Assembly (NCBI GenBank): GCA_002633005.1
Contig: NMRA01000987.1
Span: forward strand, 8,291 to 72,290
DNA length: 64,000 nucleotides
Reading direction: 5' to 3'
DNA from: Phoronis australis
Lineage: Eukaryota > Animalia > Phoronida
Shown: one piece after another, positions 23,176-50,786 of the stretch
Numbering within the stretch: position 1 is the stretch's first letter
Layout of the letters: the number at the start of each line of letters is the position of its first letter
The notes under the pieces: generated by a model
The model's database searches: none
What the model was told of the DNA's origin: nothing
What the model saw: only the letters and a program-made list of their open reading frames with translations
Program-made: the position numbers and the translations under genes

Positions 23176-26100
23176 CTGTCTGGGTTAAAGGTTGTTGTGA
23201 CTGTGTATTATTACAAGAACCAATAGAGACTAGGGTGCTGATTGCAAAATTCAGATCAGCCAAGTGCTGTTTATGTTTTGGTGCATAACTATTTTAATGG
23301 TGGCCTGTGACGTGTGTAGTGTCTTAGATTTATGACTTTGATTCAATGAAGATTTTAGCAGTATATTTTGCTAAGTGTTATTGTATGATTTAAGCACTTA
23401 CTAAACAGGAAGATACTGTTAGTGTTATGTGGGACCTTAGGAACATTGTCTTGGATGACTTCGGAATGTCGTAGAATTGGCTGGACAGATTTATATGAAA
23501 CTGTCAGATGTTATGCTTCATTGCACTGTTCTACAATAAAACTTTTAGGGATCATTGTTTTCACTTTTGCACGAAAGACTATAAGAAATAGGACTTCTGT
23601 GTTTTTCCTGAAAAACTCAAAATTGCCGTGGTACGGATGAAACGCCGAGCGAAATGTTCATTTAGAAAACTGTTGGGATTTTGTCTTGAACATTTACTTG
23701 AAACTAAATTTGGTAATATGTTTATGTTGTTATTTTGCCATCAAGAGACTAGTTTCTTTTTGATATTTTACTAAGAATACATCGTCACGCTACTCAATTA
23801 TTCACAAGTGGGTAATAAGTAAAAAATCAAGTTCTACAAATTCCCTACATTCAAAAAATTTATATTTACTGTTATCTGTAAAACTCAGACTGTAGTTTTG
23901 TATGTATTTGGCTAAGTACACACAATTGTCATAGCTAGACTCCTACATTTTCAACATGTACGCTTAGGGATGTTTGCATTGGTTTCTAGGTTATTATCAA
24001 CCTTCAAAGGCGGGGTTGCCAACTGTTATGAATTTACCTTTTTTCCACATACCTTTAATGCCAAAAAAGTGCTGCAAAGAGGTTTTAAAATTTGTATGGG
24101 ATTTGAGCATTTATTGCTCTTAAAAAACAACAGAATGTTAAGATTTTTTTTTAAATTATCACTAAATATGGGGGCAGAAGTTTTGTGAATTACAGAATTA
24201 GTTGTGAGCGCGTGATTGGATGAATAAGACACATCCAAAATCCAAAATTTGCATATCAGGCTATCCCTTTTGTGATTGGTTAATTGTATTACCATTGTTA
24301 GAAAGCATCTGGTATGGAAATCATGTCGGTGCTGTTTATGTTGATGTATGTAAATTGTGGCCAGTTCTGCTTGATGTGACTTGCCAATTGTTACTGTTTA
24401 TTAGTGTTTTAATGATATTTTTGTTGAAGTGTAGATAACTGCATTTTGTTTCACATCCTGAAATTCATATTAGATGTTGATACAGGGGATGGTGAAGACA
24501 ATTTGTGATTATTGATAGCCTAAAAGTAGAATTTTCGTTTATTCTGAAAAATGGGTCACGAGTTTCAAGTCATGGCTTTGACAATGTATGTAATACTACA
24601 GTGTATGTATAGTTGGTAAAGGTTTATAGCATATCAGGCAGTTAAAACATCAATTTATTTTGTTGTCTGAAATTGAAGTTTGATGAGTTACAGGACTGGA
24701 TTGATGTTAACTTTTTTGTGTCCAAAGAAATCATTCAGAAGGGTTCAGGGGGTCAGGACCCTTCATTTTTACATGGAAGAATGACAAGCATCCCCTGTTT
24801 GTCCCTGGTCAGACCCCCTGGACAAACTCCTATTGATTGTTGAGCTTTACTGCAGTTGTATTGTCTGTGTAGGGTGTATGGTGTATGGTCATGTGGGTGA
24901 CACTAAGCTGTGGATAGCTACCAAATGACATCCACCAGAAAGCATTTATGTGGTGTGAGGCGTATACCAAAAATTCTGGCTGACGGTATGATTCGTTAGT
25001 CTTTTACGTCCGTTCTCAGGGAACCTGGAATTTCGACACATTCGCATGTTTGTTTGTTTGTTTGTGTGTCGAGTACTTCTGTTGGAAAAACGGCCCGACT
25101 CAAAAGTACTTTTGTCAGAAAAATATTCAGCCCTTTGATTTAGATCACATGCTGTTAGGAAATTGTTCGCAAATTGTCTCTTAGTCAACACAGGTGTTTT
25201 CTGAGCTTGGAAAGAAACGACAATTCCTTATTGCTCGAGATCAGGCTTTACAAGTTGACTCTCATTAAAGCGTGTCATTTTATTCACTGAGGATGGTCTC
25301 CAGGAATAACAAAATGTCGGTTCTTTGCGCTAAGACCAAAAACTACTGCTCGTCTGAGCAAGGAACAAGTCAAGGTCAATTTTACAGACTGGCTGAGGTC
25401 AAATTTTAATTTCTTCAACTGAACAAGGGTTCGCTAGGGGCTTGTAATTTTCTTCTTTGTTCGTTTCGATTCCCATATTTTGACTTTTTGCCTGCAAAAA
25501 TACATTTCTTGTACATTACTCTTACTTAACAAAAGTCTGTAACTTTTTACATCACCTGGAAAATATTCCTTTCTTTTGTCATAGGTCATTACAAGCCCCG
25601 TCATAGGTCCAAGCAAAGAAAGAGTGAACAAAACATTTGAAGATCAAATTCTACAACCTGACCCAAAAACAGCGGGCCACACCTTCGAATCCAAATATAT
25701 GTTTTGAACAGAGGGGCCAGAGATTCTTCTCTCCTGTATAACACTCTGGGGAGCATTCCGTAGAACGAGTTTCTTGCAAGGCAAGCAATATCAAAATATG
25801 TCAATGTAAAATCACAGTCCAGTGAAAGGCAATTGTTTCACCAGTAGGAGTCTACACTCGCGACCTTACAAGCCTAAACAAGTAAAATGGCCTCCACTGA
25901 AGTGTTTGGGCAGTGAGGCTGGAATGGTTAGTCATGAGCAAAGGTTTCTCGCCACAGGGGTCATAGTTCATGTGTGTGTTCATTCTTAATGTTATAACTT
26001 TCCTTTAGAGTAGTGGGATATGGTTATCTGCAATCACTGCATGTATTACTATTGTCCATTAGTGCAGTCATAGCCCTGCACAAAGTTTACCTCAAATAAA

Positions 26101-27290
26101 TTAAATTTTCGAGACCTGACGTCATTGTTGTCTTTATAATCGGTACATCATCACTTAACAACCAGATGAAATTACCTTATCCCTTTAGGCTTATTAACAG
26201 ATAAAATGCTCAAACTACTCTCCTACCCTATTCAAATAGTAAGGCACAATTTAAAGATGCAATAAACGCACAAAAAAAACTAAAGACGCACCAAGCGTGG
26301 ATTTCGGAAAGCGCCCATTTTTCCAAAATGGTTGTTCTAGTTCAAGCTCTTGGCCCTTCAAGTAAGTCTAGTTTTGCTTTACTTTAATGGATGAAATTTC
26401 TCAGTGCGGTTGGATCCGATTTATGTGAGTTCTACTGTACTTCTTGACCTTGATCCCGTCTGACGAGATATTAGAGCATTCACTCACAATATCTACATTC
26501 AAACACTTAATAAGTTACAAACCACAAACTGCTGTAAAAAACAACTTTCTTCACAGGAGTACAATAGTTGCCAGTATTTTCTTATTCTGTAATAATAATA
26601 ATAATAAATACACTTGAAATTTCTTCCAAAGCCACTACAGCCCTTGCAACTTGAAACCAGGTGTGATTAACAATTTTTAATTGACATTGGAACCCCATCT
26701 GGTGTTGAAAACAAACGTCACTCAATGTGTTCACAGGCATATTTGGTCCTGTAAAGCAACGTCACATTTGTAGCAGTTAACAGTCTAATCCAAAGCTTAG
26801 CAGCTTTAAAACTGACACCGAAATCTTCATACTGTATGGTATCGCCATCTTGAAGCACCATCTCTCAATGACAACATTCCACACTTAATATGCTGATGAA
26901 ACGGAACATCCAGAAAGTCATGCCTCTTTCCTTGCTTGTAACGAAACGGAAAGTTGCAGGGAGGCAAGGTCCCAGATTTAACGATGCAAAATTAGAAATG
27001 CCAACTCGTCTCGTTAAAAAATGCTTCCGCACCAAACTAGACTTAAAAAATCACAAGATCCTATTTGTGGCGTACTTGAGATCTTCAATCGGTCTAATGC
27101 ATTAGCAAGTACGCGATATTCACCAGGTGGGATCGAAATGAACCCTCTTCTTAATATTTGAAGGTACTGAGAACCGAAACATTAACCAATACGGGGGATG
27201 TTCTCGGTATACTCGTAAGGGAATCTGACTCCTCAATGCAGTGGTCTCAGAATGGAATGTCCAGCAGTCATCAGAACTATCTTGTTCATC

Positions 27291-30200
27291 TTACTTTCCT
27301 GTTTTATGTGGCAAAGCAGTTTTCCTACGTGCGCTCTCCTTAGCGATGTGGTTCTGTAATTTATGTAACCTGTCCTGAAACACAATAATGCACAGTTGAT
27401 TTGGTAGTTAAATACTGACTGTAATAATTAATCACTCTCTGACAAAATGTTTTAAAATTAGCTGTCTAGACGTGATGACTAAGAGTTAATTTTGGGATGC
27501 TAAATCATAACTATCTGTTAATGGAAACAAGGTGGAGTGAGGTTCCATCTGTCAGACATATAGAATAGTGTCCTGACCTCGATGCTACGTCATCTAGTCA
27601 AAATGTCACCTATTGGCCAAAATGATAATGACAGCACTAGCCAAGCTGAAGTCTGTGAGAGACGGATGCAACAGCGCTAACCCAAGTAAGCAAATTCCAG
27701 TATTTGACTTAATTTTTCTGTATTATGTTAATGGCAAGTCATTTGAAACCATCCATTGGTTTCATGTTTTCTCAACAGATGGTGTTGTGTGGGGAATTCT
27801 CAAGTATTAGAGGCAGGCAACAATCCAATTTTTAAAAATTTTGCAGCCAACCTTTAGATAAGAAGAAATTTCATAGAACAAAAAAATAAAATTCATTGCG
27901 CGAAACACCATCAGTTGAGATTGCTCAGTTTAGTAGGTATTCGAACAGCCAAAAGATCACTTAATCACGAATACTAATAACCAAGAATATATTCAAAATC
28001 AACTGCCAGCTTACACAGCAGATTATTGTTTGAGTGTGTGATGCTACCGGATTCTGGATTGACTGTTTTGCACAGAAAATGAAAAGAGTCTACTGAGCAA
28101 GACCACTGTTTTTCGTCATAATCAAATTCAAGATGGCGGACGTGGCAGCCATTTTGTTTTCAAAGCCATTAGAAGTTTGCCACCATACTCATTTCCAGGC
28201 AATTAAATTAGCTGTCATGATGGTGAAGTGGTATCCTCTCTTCTTACTTTTGCCATGGTCTGTGTTCAAGCACGCTACCATACCTGAGCATTCTGTAAAA
28301 TGTTGCTAACGAGCATGACTCGTCGTCTTGTGTTGTTCAGCTTCTTTACATATGGCTCTAAATCTATTGGCACGTGTTGGGTCTCGGACACTTTTCGGAG
28401 ATCTGGAAATGTGAAAGATGGCTGCTTACCTCAATCACAAGAGTGAAAAGATTGAAGAGTTTGCAAGACCCTGGAAAAATGTCGAAATCTGGCCAACTTC
28501 GGAACATCTTATCTCATAAATGGTAGATCGGATTTGTATAAAACTTTCACATATACCGTGCTTGATGCACTGTTCTCTAAAATGGAGGTAAGAATTGCTT
28601 CAAAATGTTTCACTATGCCCCAAGAATTTTTACGAAAAAATCAAAAGTTCCATGAAACTGCAATGAAATGACATTCTAGAAAAGTGTATGTAACAACATC
28701 ATGGTGAAAACTGGAATAATACAGGTGTTTTCTACTATATATACCTTCTCTTTTGTAAAATTTTACTAACTCGGTTGGAGTTATGTTGTTAGAAAATGTC
28801 AGTAGTCAAAAAGGAGGTCATGATAAAGATGAAATGATAGGAAAACATTACATTTGTGTGTGAAGAAAGACACTACATAAAAGATTTAGGGAATTTTTGA
28901 GTCCCTATTTGGGACTGTTTCATGCAGCTGAGTGCATGATGCTGAATACCAGTAGTTTAAGGTGAAATACTGTAAAATCTAGCCAAGTTAGGACACACTA
29001 ATATTGGTGAACACGAGACATTTTATTTTCTCATTTCTTCATCAAAGAAAAGTACCATCAAATCAATACTTTCCTAGTTCTGTACGATCAGTTTCCATCA
29101 CACTAAATTTAAAAATTGTGGACATTTATAACAATGTAAGAAAGTAATAAAAAATGACAAAAGGGTAAATTTTGTGGTTATCCTGTCCAAAATAAGTGAG
29201 ACACTAAAAGTTAGTCACCACAGAAAAATTTTAATTTCAGGTAAGGCATTAATTTCATTAATAATTTTGACAGTATACTGGTTTCAAAATTATTGCAAAA
29301 TTTCAAAAAAGTAGAAAACTTGCTTAACATCATTGGTCCACAATGAACAGATGACAACACTGGGACCACATTATAACTCAGGACGTTCCCTTCCACATAA
29401 CAGGTAAAAAGGCACGTCACAATCAAAATCCAGACTAACGCAAAAGCTTGGCAACTACAAAAAGAAGCACCTACTAGTCAGAAATTTTAACCAATGCCAG
29501 ACAATACCCGAAGGTCAAAAGATTTATCTGAGACATGATATTAGATGGAACAATTCCAACCCCAGTTGGCTGCATGTACTACGGAGCCATCTTGTGGGAG
29601 CTCCCCCGAACTATTACCCTAGCTTACAGTGTGGTCAGTCTACCAGACCAAAGTCCAGTTCAGAGGTAAACTAAAAGTCGCTGACCAGTGGACAGTTTCT
29701 TCTATAGATTTAGTCAGGATAAAACAACATGGTCAAGAACAGCTCAAGTAGCCAACTCTTACGTACTGGTAGGTATAAAGGAGCGTTCACATATTATGTC
29801 ACCACTCGAGGGAGGAGGGGTTTGGAAAAAATGAAGATTTAAGTACGTAATTGTGCGATTTATTAGAACATCTCTATTACAGTATGATTAGAGTTGAAAT
29901 GGTGTATTTTATTTAATTGCTGAAAACAGCTTACAGCGGCAAATGCAAGTGACACTCGATTAAAAAAAAAAAACAACTCTATAATTTGTCGTTAGTCATG
30001 TACAGACAGAATCTTTATCGAACTGTTGTTTGTGACAGGGGTAAAAAGTGGCAAATTGTGAATGAGGTAATATGTGAACAGTTCCCTACCAGGAACAATC
30101 CATCATGCATTAAAGGCTGGTGCATTTGACTATCAATACAAGAACTTAGGCCAGTGTTACTTAAAATCTTAATAGGTAAATAAAACAACAACAATGGATC

Positions 30201-31438
30201 TCAATTGAAATTTTCGGATATAATAATCCGAAAATTTCAGTTGATCCATTCTTGTTGTTTTATTTACCTATTTATATTCTATATTTCGTGAAACACTAGT
30301 ATCCTAGGGAGGATCTGGATCGCCTTTAGTTTCAGATTTATTTTCTACGTCATTTAAAATCTTACCATCTGCTAAGCTGTCAATCTGCTGCCTGAGTTCC
30401 ACCTGACTTAGTCTGTAATAATAACAAGAGCTAAAAGTACACAAAGCACAAGTTGAATATCATGGGCAACTCTATTCACTAAAAGGTGCAAATGAATAAG
30501 GTGAACCTTTTTGAACTTTTGCATAAAATTATGAGAACAGTGACTTTTCGACGCATTTATCTTCTAAAATTGAAATCCTCGTGAAAGTTAAGTTAGGATA
30601 ATTTTAAACCTCAAAACATGATGAAAATTAGCCACAGCAGAGTGTTTGAGTTAGGTTGAACTCTGACCCCTGTGTCACAGCAATACAATAGCAATAACCT
30701 TGTGGAGTCTTGAGTGACAACACGTTTTCGTGAAGGTGTTTGTATCTATGGTACAGAAGGAAAGTCAGTAGCTTCATTCTTTAGACTTATTACAAAAGTA
30801 AAAAATCTGACTTCGAATAGCCAGAAGTTAAGTTTTTGTCTTTTGTGACTGCGAGATCCTCAAAATATTTTGTCACAATCCAGTATTCAAGTCAAGAAGA
30901 CTATGTATTTCTGTCATTTAACATTGAGTTATAGACAGGTTTCTAACCTTCAGCCATAGGTTAAGCTTCCACCAGTACATCATTTATTTGTAGCTGTGCC
31001 TGAGATTTGAGTGTGGTAAAGACATGCACATAACCCAACCAACTGACTCCGCACTACTAGTAGTCACAAAACATAAGGGCAGGACTCAGTCTATGAACGC
31101 AGAACTGGGCACTAGTCAGATGTAGTAGGCCCTGAGTTAAAGTACCATTTTCATCAACTAAATAACAGGCCTCATTTATTCAGTGATTCCATGTTTCTCT
31201 GAATGAATCAGGCTTCACAGTTACGTCCAGGCAGTGCCCAGGACAGGAGGCACACGTTCAAGTTATTCTGTGATTACCTTACGGCGTGAACTTTGCCATC
31301 GATTTCTTCAACTGCTGGTTTGAATACGTTTAGTAAACCATCAGCTAACGCATCTTTAACAACATTTTCGTCCGTATGATTTTGGAAGTTGCCTCGATTC
31401 GTGTGATCGTCAGTAATTTCTGCACTTACTTCCGCCAT
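27291..31438 (-). CDS. SNAPIN: SNAPIN (BLOC-1/BORC subunit), 136 aa; exons 31438-31278, 30412-30366, 28402-28284, 27374-27291
   Basis: The spliced product reads MAEV...LADGLLNVFKPAVEEIDGKVHAVRLSQVELRQQIDSLADDLRKVSETQHVPIDLEPYVKKLNNTRRRVMLVSNILQNAQDRLHKLQNHIAKESARRK. All introns are GT-AG with consistent phases. Confidence 0.95.
29779..30087. mobile_element. Harbinger-like MITE in SNAPIN intron 2
   Basis: Imperfect TIR AGGAGCGTTCACATATTA / TAATATGTGAACAGTTCCCT. Confidence 0.55.
30171..30272. repeat. ~100-bp near-perfect palindrome (hairpin)
   Basis: AATAGGTAAATAAAACAACAA..TGAAATTTTCGGAT-loop-ATCCGAAAATTTCA..TTGTTGTTTTATTTACCTATT. Confidence 0.85.
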
Positions 31439-32132
31439 TGCCGTACACTTATTATCCTTACCCTCTGTCACAGCGCCACCTATACTGTGAGAGAGTGTAA
31501 AATCTGTGCGTGAACTTGGAACTTAATCCTGCTTAATCTCAAGATCGCGTATGCGTGAAATTGGAATTGATTCATGTGGGCAATCAGGTGATTTTTTGTT
31601 CATTGCAAAGAATTTTTGTAATTGTAGGCCTCATAATCACCCATTTTCTCCTTTATCATCAGTTGTGGCAAATAACCGGAGGTTTATGCGAATGGCTAAA
31701 TCACACGAGTATTTTTTGCCAATCGTTGAAAACAGATTGGTTAAAATTTACTTCATTTCATCAATATGAAATTTGCTTTAGTGCAGTGCAAATTTTTTGT
31801 TAACATGAGTGAACTTGTCAAGTTTCCACGCGTATTCCGGCCAAAAAGTTCACGCATACGCGATCTTGAGATTGACCAAGAATCAAAGTTCAATCACAGC
31901 ATAAACACTTTTTTGGACGGAGCATTCAAATTTTTAAATTTATCGAATAAATCACACAGAATTGTTCACGCCGCTTTATGATATTGTATATTATCTGGAG
32001 TAAATAGCCATAACTTGGGTCACATCAAATACGTGCAATGAAACTGACCTATATTCTTATATGGCCAACCTTTTCACCCAAATGGACTCGTCTGTCGAAG
32101 TATTTTAGTAACTGCAGTCAAAATGTATAGCA
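31439..32132. promoter_or_regulatory. Putative bidirectional promoter shared by SNAPIN and ALAD
   Basis: The divergent start codons (31438 on -, 32133 on +) are only ~695 bp apart. Inferred from gene geometry only. Confidence 0.6.
31535..31873. mobile_element. ~340-bp MITE in the SNAPIN-ALAD intergenic region
   Basis: Perfect 25-bp TIR AATCTCAAGATCGCGTATGCGTGAA / TTCACGCATACGCGATCTTGAGATT. Confidence 0.8.
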
Positions 32133-46066
<13,934 letters not shown>

Positions 46067-47043
46067 TCTCTGTGACATGGATAATTTTTTTAAAGACCGA
46101 GATAATGTGCACAATATTGATAATGGATGACTCAAGTATTCACTGAGGTGGTGCTTATGAAGAAAGGGTGCTCTTTGTATTTTCTGAACGAGGACAGGTG
46201 CCTGCTTGGGGGCATTTGTGAATGCTTGATTGGGATTGTTTCATTAGCGCCATCTTGTGGGTTTTGAGATTCACATATTAAGCTGGACTTTTACCTTTTT
46301 CGAAGGCGTTTTGTCAAATCTATATCTGTTACTAACTTTGAAATGGTCGAATCTTTGTAATTAACATTATAAGAAGCATTTATTGATATTTTAATATTTT
46401 AGTTGTTGAAACACATTTTCCAGTCGAAGTTTGACGTTATCGGCAAGTCACGCTGTACGTTGATTGGCTGAACCGTTAGTTTTACCATCCTCTTATTGCT
46501 CAAGTCAAGAGAAATTGTTATGTAACAAGACTGGCACTGAAAATCTGCTTTCATGTCAACCATCGCCCAGATACATTATTTTATATGTTACTCGGACTGG
46601 TTGATGTTTTCGGAACTTTCTCATTGCATCACCACATCTGGTTTATAGATCAACTGAAAAGGGTCTAACTACCTCTTATGACCAGTAAACTTCTCCAAAC
46701 TGAGCAAAAAATGCATAACAAGGGAACATTCCACTTAATTAAGGGGGAGATCAATGCTAATTTGCTAGTCGCACTAAAACGATGTAGAAGTTTTTATACA
46801 CTAAGCCTAAATAATATCATGATGCTCTGCTGGTTTGTTTGCATGTGTTTTACTTGTGTTACTTAATAATCAGTGCAGAACATTTAGCACACAGTAGCCC
46901 GACTGCTACTCGATGATAGAGTGGTCTGTTTTTAAGGATTTTTGAGTGTCTTGTTTGTTAACACTTTCACAATTCAAAAGCGATGTCTGTGAAATGCGAA
47001 AAACTCCCGAGCCACATACGTTTACAATTTATTTTTATATAGA

Positions 47044-47160
47044 TAATCTAATTATATGTGGCAGTGTCATGCATTGTATTCCTGCTTGTATAACCTCACC
47101 CCNTAATCTAATTATATGTGGCAGTGTCATGCATTGTATCCCTGCTTGTATAACCCCACA
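47044..47160. repeat. ~57-bp duplication across an N (contig-overlap artefact)
   Basis: TAATCTAATTATATGTGGCAGTGTCATGCATTGTAT.CCTGCTTGTATAACC repeats immediately before and after the n at 47103. Confidence 0.8.
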
Positions 47161-50100
47161 ACCCATTTTCGGGTTATCCTCACGAATAAGTACACCCCAT
47201 CAACTGTTGCTTAGTATATTACTAAAGACATCCATTGTCAAAAATGTAAGCCCACTCCTTCGTTCATCTTGGTTCATATCAAATTCTTTTATCTCGCTTT
47301 CAATCGGTCTCTAGCCGCATTAGTGCAAATTAATCGAGAAAAATAGATCCCGACAGCGCAGTCTTTAATTGCAAGTGTGTCGTGCTTGTCAATGTGATAC
47401 TCTCCTAAAGGCTTGTCCACGAATGTGAAAAAACCCTTAGATTCATATATGGGAATGCCCAATATAAACCCATTCTGGCGAACATTTTAGATCTCGCAGG
47501 ATTATGATGAATAAGGGCAGACGTGGCAAGTTATAGGTGGGTGGCTTGAAAAGGTTATAAAATGCACTTGACAGCACCCAAATCTGGACTTGTGTGCTCA
47601 AAGAAGTCTAGTAGCAGTACGTCAACTCTGGAAGTTATTACGGTATGGATAACAGTTGGAGGAATATATGGTCTGCCTTGAACACCTAGCACGTGCAAGG
47701 CCCCTACATGTGCCTCCACCTGTTGTCAACTGTCAGCTCCCCTGTCTAGTCCCTGAATATTGACATTGTAACTTAATTGTGCATAGTTAGTGGTTTAATC
47801 ATGGAAATAAATGTCAAAAAACAATCGAGCATTTTTGTTAATGCATCATTTATTACCTACTGACAAAAGTAAATTTTACATGAAAATAATAAATAGGGGC
47901 AATATAATTACTTGCAGAATAACATATAAAACACCCAGTATGTTCTATAATTGAAGGTAGGACATTATCGACAAGTTTGTGTTATTGCCCAAATATCTAC
48001 AAAAACTATACAATTTCAATTCAGTAATAAAAGTATACATATGTAGTGTAGATTAATTGGATAATGTGATTGTGTTTTTAGTAACACTGAGTCAAAAAGA
48101 ATTGCAGGAAAACAAGATTCAAGAAAATGTGAGTAGATTTCGTTTCTACAAATATTCCAAGACAAAATTTCAAAAACGATGAAACAATACAGCTAGTATC
48201 TAAATTACTTCTTTGTTTTTATGTTCATTTTGAGTTTGTTCATAAAAGTCATAAATGACCTATTTTTGAAAACACCGTGCAAAAGTGGAACATAAAAAAC
48301 AATTCTGAACAACAGTTTGGAAAACGAGTGTGCAAAGCATGGCATCTGGCACTTACATTGTGAATCTGATCAGACAAATCAGAGATGCATTGTTCCAACC
48401 ACCATAGGCCAAATTTGGACATTTTTCTTGGGTCCTACAAAACCTAAATAGTAAGCTGAAATGACATCGCGATGCCGTAAAAGAGTTATTATACGAGATT
48501 TTATCTTGAACATTTTCAACGAAAATTGTTCGTGTTATTGATATCGTAGTTTCCTTCCTTTTTTGCTTAGTTTTAACAAAAAGACATGGTCATGTGAGCC
48601 AATTAATGGCAGATCGTTAAAATCAAATTCCAAAGGCCTTCTACTTCAGGAAATTACACGCTTGTACACAGTTAAAATCTACAGCATTGTTGATACTTGG
48701 CTGAATACACAGACTTGTAGATAAGGTCACTAACTGTTCTCTGACACTGTTATTCTGAACAACAATAACCTCGACCAATAACATATTCTCTAGTTAACAA
48801 CCAAACAGTGATATCCTAATAAAATTTAACTAGCGACAACAATTGAAGTCCACTAAAACACCGACTAAAGTACAATCCGTAATCAAGACTAAAACATAAC
48901 ATGCCATTGGCATGCAATAAAATCAACACAGACATCAAATGAGAGGAACAGGTTAGTCTCCTATATTCATAACAAGACACCAAACTAACAAAGAGAGACA
49001 ACTACAAAAATATCAGATATGCCAAAAGAGCCATTTCTCTCTTGGCAAAAGAACTACCTCATCCAGAATTCCACAGCTCTTTAGTTACGGTGTATTTCAC
49101 CTAAACTGACTAGATATTGAGATTCTCAACAAATTATCCATTTGAACAACGCTTTTCATTAAATATCCAACTTTTTTACATCTCTTGAATATCTATGAAT
49201 TCCGTTTCAGGAGAGCACATTTCACTGAACCAACTCTGAACTGGTGCAGTCCCACAATAGCTGAGAAATGAGAAATCACAGTTCAACAAAGTCAAACAAA
49301 GATGACCGCATCGTCAATTTATCAACCAAAAATATTCAAACAAAATGACCCAGAATTCCCTGTGATGACAGCTGGGCGGAAGCCGAATTCAACATCAAGA
49401 CTTTCGCTGTTTGCAGCATTACCAAGTAATGATGGGGAAACAGCATCTCATCTGACTTTGGTCTAGCACTGAATCTATATCAGTGACGGCAACACTGATC
49501 ATTGAATTTTTGACCCCACACAACAAGGCGACCAGTTTTTGGCCAATTTTCTCATCAAAAGCAAAGACTCTGCTTTTATAAACTAAAAATTAATATTGCA
49601 CCATAAAAAGCAAAGCCTGTGAACTTAGGAAATTGTGTAACACCGACCTCAGCTCACTCAACTTAGTCATCACTTTCACACTGCTTTACACCAGGAATTC
49701 ATATCACACTACTTTTTTTTTAGTTCGTTCCCACAAAGGGGGGGGCAAGACCTGATTCTGCAAACGTATTTAGAAAGTTTGTTAATTTTTCACCATGATG
49801 TCATAAGGCAACAATTGGGCTTTACACACAATGTATTAAATAAATCAAATATAATTTTTGCATGATTCTAATTTTTTCAAACATTCACATTTTCTACCCC
49901 ACAACATCTATGACTGAAAATGTAAGTACAGTGCTATGAACTAGGCAAGATAATAAGTAATGTTGACTGTTTGGCTAAGTTGACAAATACGGCTAACGCC
50001 AAAATAAAACTAAAACTAGTTAATGGCATACCACCAAAACCCTGTAAAATGTGGGAATGAGATTCGTACATAGAACATGGTTAGTAATAAGATTAAAATA

Positions 50101-50786
50101 TCTTATACCAATGCCTTTACAAAGAAATATCACAAGAACCTGAGAAATAAATATTTAGTTAACATTTAAGTTTGATTTTCGAATTTTCTAGACACCTGAA
50201 GTGATGACACGCAAAAGCCCTGAAAAGTTTCTTCCATTTAGAGAACAGCGTAAGAGAAAAGTGGAAATCCCATTTCCTTTAATTTCACAACAAAAATACA
50301 CAACATTGCTACAGGTTTTACTGATCTTGTTTCCATGGCATATTTGCTAAAATCTTGATTATTAGCAATAGTATAATGATGGGGTCTTCACTACCATGCA
50401 TCTGATTGATTTCTTATTTTGAGATTTTTAAAACTCTTTTTATCATGTCTAGAGATAACTTAAAACTTAAGTAGGGAGCATGATATGACCAGTTTTATGC
50501 AATGGGCAGCCTAAAACACAGGTTCAATTTTCAGTAGCTTTAAATTAAAACTACAACTCTGATTACAAGCAGTTAATATCACATTGCACACAGTATTTCA
50601 TTTCCAATTTGAAGAATGGTAATTTCACCAACTAATGTATTCACTTTTACTGAAAATCGGCTAAAAAGGTTCAAAATATGATTTGTAGAAAGTAAAATAT
50701 GACAAACTGATCACAACTGCCTTCAAAGAGGACATCAGGCCCCTTAGAATAGTTATAAAAAACACAACTGCACCCCGTCCAAATGC

